A DNA stretch of 59,546 nucleotides, from positions 310,001-369,546 of the forward strand of contig JBEUKZ010000066.1 of NCBI GenBank assembly GCA_048128005.1. The letters are read 5' to 3'. Origin of the DNA: Veleropilina oligotropha (lineage: Eukaryota). A program made the position numbers and the translations under genes. Of the stretch, positions 44,557 through 55,253 are shown one piece after another (the stretch's first letter is position 1; each line of letters starts with the position of its first letter). The notes beneath the pieces were generated by a model. The model was not told where the DNA came from. It ran no database searches and saw nothing but the letters and a program-made list of their open reading frames with translations.

Positions 44557-47500
44557 TTTATTTTTTTTTTCAAAACATATTTATTGCTCGTGAAATATAG
44601 CAATGGGATCGGGCTAAAAAGTTGTACAACATTATCATGGGCCCTTTCCCTACAACAATATTATAATAGTGTAAATTTCTATTCCGAAGGAACGCTGGAA
44701 GTAAGATGAATATATACCATATGAGCATGATGGGTTTCAGGTCAGAGTGCTGTTCACAATTTCATAAAAACAGTGATGATTACAATTCAGGTTCTATTAT
44801 GAATCGTCCTGTTGCTCTAATATATTTGTGGATATGTCGATATAATAACTGATTAGTAGAATGAGTTAAGGATGCTTTGCCAGATAGGAGTATACGAGTT
44901 GGAATTGGCATGGCAATACCGATCGTGGTTAAATTTGATTCAAGTTCGCTTCTTTCCATTAAATATTTCTCACAATTCTTGAAGAAATGATGAGCGTCTT
45001 CATATCGATAGCCGCAAGAACAGTTTAGGATGTGCGATAATATGGCTATTGAAAAGATCAGCATGAAGAGAACTATTATAATTTCTTATTTGGGTATGAA
45101 CGATTTCTAATTTTCGAGACAAGGGCGAACACTTGTACCAATCACAAGGTATCGATATTAATTTGTTCGCATTTTTGAACGATTCTAATGAAGACATGCT
45201 TTTTGTCTTCTGATCAAGATTGTTCCACAAGGTAACAGTTGAAGGGAAAAATGATTTTCGATTCAGCTCCAGACGACATGGTATCATTGTGAAATCTTGA
45301 CTATTTCTAAGTGGGTAGTTTGAAATATTGGAAACACGTGCTGGTAATAAATGTACCAGATAGTCTGGTGCGTTACCATTAATGATTTTATATAGGGTGT
45401 TAAGTTTGACGTTATTGCGTCGGAATCCAAGATCCTCCAGGCCTGTTTCTCTATACAATGATGCAATACTTGCATATCTTGGTAAGCCAGTGATTGTTCG
45501 CATTGCTTCATTTTGAATGAGATCAAGTTTGTTACTATCTCTTTCTGGTTTATTACTCCATACCTCAACAGCATATTCGAACAAGGGACGTATATAAGTT
45601 TTATAAATTAGGAGTAGTTTTTCTTTATTTAATATATATTTTAGTTTCCGCATAGCAGAAACTTTTTTGGCCGACAATTGTATTATATTATCGACGTGGT
45701 TTGACCATTTTGCGTCCGATGAAAACGTTAGCCCTAAGTGTTTATGATGTGGCACATTTTTTATTGTTGTTTGATTTAGAAGTAAATTTGGTATATCATT
45801 ATTGTTATTGGCTACGATCATTGCCTCTGTTTTGGATGGATTAAACTTGACTAACCATTTCCTTGACCACTCTGATAACGCCTCTAAGTCTTCATTTAAA
45901 ATACGTTGAATTTGTTCAATTGATTTTGCGGATTTAAAAAGAGATGTGTCATCGGCAAATAGTCGTATTTTGCTTTGTACATGTTCTGGGAGGTCGTTTA
46001 TATATACTAGAAAGAGCAAGGGGCCCAGAACAGAACCCTGCGGAACTCCTGCTGTTGTAGTTTGGGATATGGAAAGATCAGAATTAATTCTTACTTTCTG
46101 ATTACGATTTCTTAGATAATCTGTTAACCAATCGAGTAATCTTCCATTAATGCCATTTTCCTTTAGTTTAAATAAGAGACCCTTATGCCACACTCGATCG
46201 AATGCTTTGGAGATATCAAGAAATACGTAACAAGATAGTTCATTATTTTCTATAGCATTTAACATATTATTATAGATTTCAATAAGTTGGTAAGTTGTAG
46301 AGTGTTGATGTTGAAATCCACTTTGAAAATGATAAATTGTTTTGTTATCTAGAAAGAAGTTGTGTATGTATTTATGGACAATTCTCTCCATGAGTTTTCC
46401 AATGCAACTCAAGAGCGATATGGGCCGATAATTGGATGGTTCTGTTCTGTCCCCTGTTTTAAAGATCGGCATTACATACGCTTCTTTCCATCTAGATGGA
46501 AATATCCCTTCTCGGAGTGAACGATTAAATAAATTGCACAGAGGGCGGGCAACAGATGGCCAAACGCTTTTTAACATATGGTGACTTATATTATCTGGGC
46601 CGGATGCCTTTTTGGTTTGTAAAACTTGAGGTAAATCTGATACGTCTGTTTCAGTTATTGTGAGAGAGTCAAGTTTGTTATTTGTTTTCATTTCTATTGC
46701 AGGAAGATTTATATGGGAATCGTCCAATGATGATACAGATGCAAAATATGAATTTAAACAATTCGCCTTTTCTTTATCAGAATATATGAGTATGTTATTT
46801 GATTTAAGACATGGTATTTCATCTTTTGGTTTATTAGGAGACAGCGAGTTTATCAGTTTCCAGTACGATTTGGAGTCCTTTTTGTTATCGTCCAAAATGT
46901 GATTTATGTTTTTATTAAAATTTTCCTTTGCAAATTTTATTTTATTACTCACTTGGTTTCTTATTTTTTTGTATTTATTCCACATATCTTTGGATGATGA
47001 AGAAATAGCCTTTTTGTAAATTCGATCTCTTTTCCTGGACAGGTTACGGATTTCATTATTATACCATGGCTTATCGTTCTCTCTGACAGTAATTATTTTA
47101 TTTGGTATGCTTTGCCTAGCTATACACATGAATATGTCGCTGAAGCTTTCAAAGGCTTCGTTTACATCTGAACAGTTCAAAAATATTTGGTCCCAGTTGA
47201 CAGCATGTAATAAAGAGTTGAATTTTTCAATGTCGGTGTGTTTGTACAGCCATATGTGTCTCTTATAACAGGGTTTTTTGTCCAATTTAGTATAGATTGA
47301 GATATACGTAGCCGTATGGTCACTGACTTTTAAATCGTGTGTACCGGAGTCAAAGTATAGAAATTCAAATGGGATAATTATTGGGTCCAAGAGGCTAGCC
47401 GTAGATGCAGTAATTCTGGTAGGTTCGTTAATTATATTAATAAGGTTGAATATGCGCATAAGGTCAGGTAGGTATTGTGATTGCGGATTCAATAAATTTA

Positions 47501-48377
47501 CATTAAAGTCACCGAGTAATATTATTCGGTGGCTTTTGTCTAAAATATTCGATAAACATTTTTCAAGTTCAAACCAGTAAGAGAGAGGAGCTGACGGCGG
47601 ACGATATGTCACGCAGAGAATAAAATTTGGTTCAATATTTCTTGTTTCCAGACACATAATCTCAATGTTAGAGGACTCGAAATCACGTTTTCGGTTTATA
47701 GAGATGTTATTTTTATAATAAACAGCTAGTCCTCCTCCATGGTTTGACCGATCTTTTCGATAAGGCGGTTCAAAACCGTCAATATATAATTGGTCGTTAC
47801 TGACATTTTTTTCTAGATGAGTTTCTGTAAAGCATAATATGTCATATTCTTGTAATTGATGTTCTATTAGTGTTATTTTATTTCTCAAACTTCTTATATT
47901 TTGATTTATAATTGTAATAACATTATGGTAAATGTCTGTAGCGTTGGAGGGTCCCGGATTTTTCTCCACATCTCCGCATAACATCAGTAATATGCCATGA
48001 AATATTATACTAAATATTATATTATAAAAACATAACATAGCCCACATCATTGGGATTGACATAACTCTACAATAGTTACCAGTAGTAGTGTGCACTGTTT
48101 TCGAATTAAAAATTCCAATCGACATTCTGTACATTTCTATGGAATTACCCGTTTTCAAATTCAAATTTATTAGCCTTTGAATGTCGGTTGGAATCGTAAT
48201 AATTCGTGATGAAGCACATTACTGACGTGACCAAGGATGATTGTGAAGAATAATGAATGAGGAGCGTTCCCTTCGAAAACAAACATAAATGTACATAATT
48301 GTAAAATAACAAGCAAGAAGGCGTCACATAAATCAAATTGTGACAAAATAACTCTGTTTGGAACATATTCCTTACAA
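44557..48377 (-). mobile_element. Young CR1-clade LINE with near-complete ORF2
   Basis: Poly(A)-like tail at 44551-44570 with AATAAA. The inverted sister repeat near 54070-54090 shows the empty site (GGCAAC.CATTTTT|.AGAAA). Confidence 0.9.
45000..48164 (-). CDS. CR1 ORF2: 2A-like peptide, APE endonuclease, reverse transcriptase
   Basis: 1054 aa; DVEKNPGP, NIRSL, FTETHL, YRPP, GDFN, SDH, NYRPISLL, DISKAFD, GVPQGSVLGP, FADD. One frameshift near 45030-45050 separates the CSCG..ED..H..C tail (frame 44780-45064). Confidence 0.95.
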   Translation of the reverse strand: MNLKTGNSIEMYRMSIGIFNSKTVHTTTGNYCRVMSIPMMWAMLCFYNIIFSIIFHGILLMLCGDVEKNPGPSNATDIYHNVITIINQNIRSLRNKITLIEHQLQEYDILCFTETHLEKNVSNDQLYIDGFEPPYRKDRSNHGGGLAVYYKNNISINRKRDFESSNIEIMCLETRNIEPNFILCVTYRPPSAPLSYWFELEKCLSNILDKSHRIILLGDFNVNLLNPQSQYLPDLMRIFNLINIINEPTRITASTASLLDPIIIPFEFLYFDSGTHDLKVSDHTATYISIYTKLDKKPCYKRHIWLYKHTDIEKFNSLLHAVNWDQIFLNCSDVNEAFESFSDIFMCIARQSIPNKIITVRENDKPWYNNEIRNLSRKRDRIYKKAISSSSKDMWNKYKKIRNQVSNKIKFAKENFNKNINHILDDNKKDSKSYWKLINSLSPNKPKDEIPCLKSNNILIYSDKEKANCLNSYFASVSSLDDSHINLPAIEMKTNNKLDSLTITETDVSDLPQVLQTKKASGPDNISHHMLKSVWPSVARPLCNLFNRSLREGIFPSRWKEAYVMPIFKTGDRTEPSNYRPISLLSCIGKLMERIVHKYIHNFFLDNKTIYHFQSGFQHQHSTTYQLIEIYNNMLNAIENNELSCYVFLDISKAFDRVWHKGLLFKLKENGINGRLLDWLTDYLRNRNQKVRINSDLSISQTTTAGVPQGSVLGPLLFLVYINDLPEHVQSKIRLFADDTSLFKSAKSIEQIQRILNEDLEALSEWSRKWLVKFNPSKTEAMIVANNNNDIPNLLLNQTTIKNVPHHKHLGLTFSSDAKWSNHVDNIIQLSAKKVSAMRKLKYILNKEKLLLIYKTYIRPLFEYAVEVWSNKPERDSNKLDLIQNEAMRTITGLPRYASIASLYRETGLEDLGFRRNNVKLNTLYKIINGNAPDYLVHLLPARVSNISNYPLRNSQDFTMIPCRLELNRKSFFPSTVTLWNNLDQKTKSMSSLESFKNANKLISIPCDWYKCSPLSRKLEIVHTQIRNYNSSLHADLFNSHIIAHPKLFLRLSI

Positions 48378-49365
48378 AGAAAATTTAACTTCAGAAAATG
48401 TTCAATATTTGTAACTAGACAACATACAAACACAATCTAAGTGTCTAGGCATATATATTTAAAGCTGCCCAGTCGAATGCCATTAAGATTTGGGTCATTT
48501 AAGGTCACAGTGATGCCTTATAAGGGCTGTTGCCATGGCAACGCCCACTTGAAATGTTTGATTTTGGGATAGTGTCATATTTTAGCAGCAAAACTACACA
48601 AAACCACAATCTAAGTATCTAGGTATATATATTTGAAGACACCCAGTCGATTTCAATCAAAATATGGGCCATTTACGGTCACGGTTATGCCTAATCAAGG
48701 ATGTTGCCATGGCAATTCCAGATGTTAAAAAATGGGATGAAGTGTCATGTTTTGGCAACAAAACTACACAAAAACAAAATCTAAATTTCTAGGTATATAT
48801 ATATATTTAAAGCTGCCCAGTCGAATGGCATTACGATATGGATCATTTAAGGTCACAGCTATGCCTAATAAGGGTTGTTGCCATGGCAACGCCCACTTGA
48901 AATATTTGATTTTGTGATATTGTCATATTTTGGCAAAAAAACAGCACAAAAACTCAATCTAAGTGTCTATGTATTTATATTTGAAAATACCAAGTCGATT
49001 GCCATCAAAATATGGGTCATTTAACGTCACGCTTATGGTTAATAAGGACTGTTACCATGGCAACGGCCAATTGAAATATTTGATTTTAAGTTAATGTGAA
49101 TATTTGACAACAAAACTACACAAAAACAAAATCTAAGTGTCCAGGCATATGTATTTTAAGATAGAAAGTCTATTGCAATCTAGATATTGGTCATTTAAGG
49201 TTAAGGTTATGGCTAATAAGGGCTGTTATCATGGTAACGCCCAGTTGAAATATTTGATTTTGGGATAACGTGTCATATTTTGGTAACAAAACTACTCAAA
49301 AACCAAATCTAAGCTGCTCAGTTAATTAGATTCACGATAGATGTGATTTAAGGTCATGATCATGC
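48378..49365 (+). repeat. Tandem array of 174-bp units, each with a GTTGCCATGGCAAC-type palindrome
   Basis: Palindrome or variant starts at 48529, 48703, 48877, 49051, 49225 (spacing 174). Confidence 0.9.
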
Positions 49366-50061
49366 CAAATCTATAGTTGGCACGTAGAACATCGATCATG
49401 TATCCTTAAAGAGATCTGCAAGGTGGAAACAAACATAGGTCAACGCTATTCCCACTGGATAGTAACTGGTTTCTTAGTCATGAAAATAATCACATGCCTT
49501 CAGATCTTTCCTGAAGTAAGAGTAGGGCATGTACCCATATCTGGAAAGACATGGTTGCATTGCGAGCTCTTTTGCAACACGTGCAGGGGTCCCACAATAA
49601 ATATCGAATCAATGACTACTGATATCACATCCGGTGATGTCATGCAACGAACGTAATGCATTCCACAAGTCTTTGCATATGCCATGGACTCCTGATCTGA
49701 TGTCACACTAGTGTCCATCATTAGTGTCACATGTATTCTGTTATTCTGCGAAATCTTCATCAACAGCAGGATCATATCTGTATAATTTACAGTAATCAAA
49801 CTATAATGGCACTCAATCCGTGCAGTGTGTTTCCATATGTGAGCAGTGGGGAAGATTGATTCTGGTGTCGGCCGTCTCATGAAATAGAAGATTAATGTAT
49901 TGCTTATAAATTAGAAAAGTTATCTTATCAAAAATGCAAATGGTTTCATCTACATACAGTATATTGTGTAACTGTTGTAGCTAATAATGAATGTCATATG
50001 AATGTGTATTACTATATAAAGCTGCCTAATAATTCAATATCAGTACTGTCATTATAATATA

Positions 50062-50382
50062 ATATAATGTGAAGATTTATCTGCGCATTCTCACACAATG
50101 CATGTTCAAAGCGCTTAAATTATTATTCCCTGGTTATTGGCCTGTTCATTCAATAATCCTTCTCAACTCTCTCTCTGAGAGTATATATTACGGTCAAGTA
50201 CATGCCTGTTAGGCGCTTGGCCAGTCATTCTGCCAACCAGGTACCCATTTCGATCTCAGGTCAGCTGAGTGAACCGAGGCACATATATGCATAATTCCTT
50301 ACCCAAGGGAAGTCGCCGGGATCGGGGTTGAACCCCAAACCTCTCGATGAGAGGCCTGTGCATCTACCACTGAGCCACTGCA
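50062..50382 (-). mobile_element. Full-length tRNA-headed CORE-type SINE
   Basis: Minus strand: TGGCTCAGTGG A-box, GGTTCAACCC B-box, CCCTTGGGTAAG...CTCAGCTG...AAATGGGTACC CORE-like segment, AAAGCGC-containing tail with (TAT)n end. Confidence 0.8.
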
Positions 50383-50716
50383 CTATATATTCAGTAAAAG
50401 TTTATTTTCTTGATACTCTGTTATTCAGTAATTCACATTCATTACGAAATCATATATAACGCTATATACGATGTAACCATTTACATTTTGATAAAATGTT
50501 GCTTCAATCCAATGGAACTTGCTTCCAGCTGTCCGTCACATACGCGATAAAACGACATTCAAAAAATCGCTCCGCTCATTTGTTCCAGAAGTACTTCCCA
50601 TAAATAGAAATTCCCGAACAACACTACAGGTTTTTGCTACTACATGTACATATAATTAAGTATGTACTATGTAATATTTGTATTTTATGTCTTGTAGTGT
50701 ATAGTCTACTCGATGG

Positions 50717-52691
50717 TTGTCCCACGCCGCCTTATCGGATGGACGGGGGACATAGAATCTGCGTTCGTGCGTCCGTATGTCCGTCCCGGATTTTCTCACA
50801 TCTCTTTTTGCCATTTAGAGAAATGCGAGCTTTCCGAAACTTTACAGATGAACTAACCACATCATTGGGTAGATCAAGTTAGAATATTGGAAATTTATTA
50901 TGAAAACTTTAGTTTTTTGGCGAATTTGAACATAGCCTCTGGAAGCATGGTTATGGTCAATTTCTAACATTGTTTTTTTTTCAATTAGAGAAATATTAGC
51001 TTTCTGAAACTTTACAGATTTACAAACCACATCATTGGGTATATCAAGTTCGAATATTGTGAACTTATTTTAGAAATTTATTGTTTTTTTTTGTGATTTT
51101 CGGCAATTTTGAACATAGTCTCTGGAAGCATGGCTGTGGTCTATTTCTCACATCTTTTTTTTCATTTAGAGAAATGGTAGCTTTCTGAAACTGAGCTGAG
51201 GGAGACACATACATGTCCTTCCGATTTGTCGCACCCGCCCCCACCCCAACCCCTCATGCTGCCCCCCCCCGCCCCCCAAAACAATTTATGAAGAAGTTAC
51301 ATGATTTATTTTTGCTATGCCTACCCTATAGCAGTTATTCTGAAAAGTTTAATTATGCCTTGAAATATTGAGGATAGAAAGGAAGCAGATATAGTATGTA
51401 AGTATTATGTTTGTATGATGAAAGGGACATATTATGCTTATCTGTAAGACTTGCTCACTGTCGATAGGCACAGTAAGCTGTTAAGCTTAATGGTCACTCT
51501 GAGAAGCTGGGATTATCAAAATCAGATGGATTTTGAAAACTTGCTTCCCCATTGGTTTATTCCATGGGTATCTCGAGATGGCAGTATATATTGCTTTAAC
51601 AAGAACATACTGTATCCAGTGTCTAATATCACCCTCCTCAACTGGTCAAGGTTAGATTCATTATCGGTATACTATTTTGTCATGGATTGGCTGCTAAATA
51701 TATTTAATCTCGAGCATATTATAATAAGATTTTGTCTTTATTTCTGTTTCTCTGAAACTTTAAGTTTTACAATAACTATATAAGGGTCAGAACTGCATAG
51801 GTACCGTAGTACTTCTGAATTCTTACTTTACAAACTGAAAATGTAGCCCTTTTCAAAGTAAACGGGGATGGGTGAGACATAATTTCGCGGTATTTCTGTT
51901 TTTGGTGACTTTTCAGCCCTTCTGAACATAGTCTCTGAAAGCTTAGATGTGATCTATTTTCTCACAATTTTTTTCATATCGAGAATTTCTAGCTTTCTCA
52001 AACATTACCGATCAATTAATCACATCAAAGTTATGAATCACAGTTGTCCGTAACTGGCCCAAGAGGGTGGGTTTCACCGGGCGACCGGGCTTTCCTCCCG
52101 CAATAATACGGACATGTCCTGATTTGATCCTAAATAGGTTGGAAATATACAGGACAATAAGCATTAATCCTTTCCTTTTCCCTTTTCGAATATGGGGAAC
52201 GTTTTTTGGAAATTTATGGATTATTTTGCAATTTTGTACATTAAAAGTCTCTGCAAGCATGGATGTGGTCAATTTTGTAACATGCACTTATTTCATTTTC
52301 AGAGAAGCTAGGTTCAAATATTGGGGATTTTTTGAAACCTTGATTTATTGCTGTCTTTTGCTGATTTAAAACATAGTCTTTCGATGTATGAAATTTATCA
52401 ATTTTCTCTCAACTGAATTTTCCATTTAGAGAAATGTTAGTTTTCTGAAACTTCACAGATCAACTAACCACATAATGGGATGGATCAAGTTCGAATAATG
52501 AAAATTCTTTAATTTATGTACTTGAAGTATATTTACACTTAGTCTCTGGGTGCATATCTATCTCTTTAGCCTCTGATGGCAGGAAATATTTCTTAATTCA
52601 CATTGAGTTACTGATACACAGCGTGCAAAAATATATATGCGGTCAATAATACGGGCGGGGGACAATCGCCACTTAGTGGCAATGACTTGTT
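50717..52691. mobile_element. HINE/Helentron-like element with tandem core repeats and nested inserts
   Basis: TTGTCCCACGCC start versus GGCGGGGGACAA near 52655, (GTCC)n microsatellite, repeated CCATTTAGAGAAATG..AGCTTTCTGAAAC cores, terminal hairpin GCCACTTAGTGGC and CTTGTT end. Contains the 51412-51655 repeat and a SINE fragment at ~52030-52160. Confidence 0.75.
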
Positions 52692-52799
52692 GATTTAGTG
52701 TTATGTTCCATTCATATGTACGGCGCAAAGTGCTCGAATCCTATTCCTGATCTTGCGCTATAGAAATCTATTATTATTATATTATTATATTAAGATAAC

Positions 52800-54160
52800 A
52801 TTTCTAAGCCATACCGGAATCTTCTCAGGAGGAGGCTGGCGCAATATCATTCTCCACTTCTCTCATGTTGCAGCATACTGCACTGTTTCGAGTGCCGTCA
52901 TAGTTCGATCACATGATACAGACGTTTTCCTGTTGTTGATGAAGATTTTGCAGATTATCAAAAGACAAGCGACAGTTGATTGACATCAGATCAGGAGTCT
53001 TGAGCATTGCAAAATATTTGTGCAATGCATTGCTCAAGTCACATGCCTTCACCAGCTGTGATACCATTAGTTCTTTTTTGTGGAAGGTAATGTGGGATCG
53101 GGAGGCATCCACATACCTTTTGTAACCACAATGGCTAAAATTTTGTAGACCTAAAATATTATATATAGGGCTACTAATAGTATTAAAATTATAAATTTCA
53201 AAGTTTTGCATGATGGTGTTGTCATTGCAACTGTCATGAAAAGGCATGGCGTTGTCTTAAATAGCCCAGATTGTGATTACTCTCACGCGGACATTTATAA
53301 ATGAATACTAGTACACCAAGACACTTAGAATATCTTTAGATGTTATTTAGTTACAAAGGCATTACATCAAGGGCGTTGTCATACCAACGACGCTGATTTG
53401 GTATGATCGTGCACGGCGTTAAATGACCCCAATCTTGATTGCAATTGACTGGGCAACTTCAAATATATACCTAGCCATTTAGATTGTGTTTTTGAGAAGT
53501 TTTATCACCAAAATATGACACTTTTCCCAATATCGAATATTTCACCAGAGCGTTGCCATGGAAACAGCTCTGATGAGGCATAGCGTTAGGCTAAATGGCC
53601 CACATCTTAACTGCAATCGACTGGGTATCTTCAATTACTAGTATATATATATAAACGCTTAGATTGCGTTTTTGTGTAGTTTTGCTACCCAAAATAAAAC
53701 ACGGTCTTCCAAAAATAAAATATTTCAAAAGGGCATTGTCATGGCAACAGCGCTTATTAGGCATAACTATGACCTTTAATGATCCACATCTTGAATACAA
53801 TCGACTGGGCATCTTCAAATGTATATACCTAGACACTTAGAATGTGTATTTGTATAGTTTCGTTGCCAAAATACGACGCTTTTATCCAAAACCATTTATT
53901 TCAGTATAGGGCGTTGCCGTGACAACAATCATATGATTAGGCATAACCGTGACCTCAAGTGACCCATATCTTTAATGCAATCGACTAGGCATCTTCAAAT
54001 ATATATAGCTAGATCCTTAGATTGTGTTTGTATGTTGCTTAGTTACAAATATATGACGTTTTCTGAAATTTCAATTTCTCAAAAATGCGTTGCCATAGCA
54101 ACGGGGCTGACGCTTACACCCACCATCAGATTAATGGCAAACAAGAAGATCATGATAGCT
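52800..54160 (+). mobile_element. Second Academ-like remnant, inverted relative to 44433-49890
   Basis: SSQEEAG.IILH..VIVRSHDTDVFLLLMK..KRQLIDI..LCNALLKSHAFTSCDTISSF (XPG/FEN-like motifs), followed by five 176-183-bp units (palindromes at 53375, 53552, 53735, 53913, 54089). Confidence 0.7.
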
Positions 54161-55240
54161 GGCTTTAGGGGTGTGTCATGAAAAAAAACAGTGTTTGGGG
54201 GTGGGTCATGAAAAAAGTACACAACATTTTGTAATACACAGAATGCAGGAGAGGGTGTTTCACACCTTTAGTTGTCAAATTTTTTCTCTGCATGGGGCTC
54301 CAAGATTTTCAATGGCAACGCTCTGGTGATTTTTAGAAGTGCCCTTAAATTTGCAAGTGCCCTTAGATTTGCACTCAAATTATATGCCGCGGGCTCAAAG
54401 TTTGTTATAAAATAATTGGTATTACCCCCCAATTTTTTATTGGAGCTCTTAGATAGACTCAAAAGTATATATCCGATTTCATAGTTTCTATGTGTGCACC
54501 ATCTCCAGAATAGATTTTACCGTCTATTTTAGATCAAAATCAGTTCTCGATCAAAATCTGCTCTCGATCAACCATGCCCAATTTTTCAATTGTGGGCGAT
54601 TTTTATACAATAAGGAGGGTATTTCACCCCCCAATATTTTACTGATTCCCATAGACAGAAGACGTAGAAGTATATATCTGAGTTCATAGCTTTTATCACA
54701 CGTACAATATCCTTGAGATATCTGCATCTACCGACAGTCACCATTCTAGGGAGTACAATAATTATACAGCAGACTGGGCATGAGGCTATTACATGCCTAC
54801 ACCTTCTATGAAGTGGTGAAATGATTCGTAAATATTGTTAAGAAATATCACATTTACATCATCAGAATACAGGAGAGGGTGTCTCGCACGGTTAATTCTC
54901 CAAAAAAATTCTATGGAGTGGTGAAATGATTCGTAAATGTTGTTAAGAAATATCACATTTACATCATCAGAATACAGGAGAGGGTGTTTCGCACGGTTAT
55001 TTGTCAAAAAATCTTCCCCGGGGGAACAGGGTGCCACGATGCGGGCCATTGATAGTATAACTCGACCCCGTAAGACCCTTCAAAGTCCTGTTGACCATCA
55101 TGTCCCCCTCGATGCTGTAGTCCCTGGTCATATATACAGCTGCATATTATATTTAAAAAACGTCTTTGGCCTATCTTTCAAATTGAAAACTTTTACAGAG
55201 AGGTGAAAATGATGTTGGTAAGAAATAGCACATTAGCGCC
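54160..55240 (+). repeat. Truncated, internally rearranged copy of the adjacent Harbinger-like element
   Basis: Colinear with ~55330-56475. Lacks the ~55490-55685 segment and carries a ~105-bp internal tandem duplication at ~54807-55000. Confidence 0.85.
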
Positions 55241-55253
55241 GTGACTTACATAA

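Larger units (their letters stand above)
44433..49890 (-). mobile_element. Academ-like transposon remnant (terminus, satellite array, XPG-like fragment), interrupted by a CR1
   Basis: Candidate TAG terminus at 44433. 44480-44556 joined to 48378 onward aligns with the reverse complement of 54160 backwards. Minus-strand 49600-49885 gives HETADTRI, YTDMILLLMK, LWNALRSLHDITGCDISS. Confidence 0.6.

Noticed and set aside
48145..48433. CR1 ORF1
   Set aside because: Short, out of frame with ORF2, partly extends into the flanking satellite, no RRM/PHD/esterase motif.
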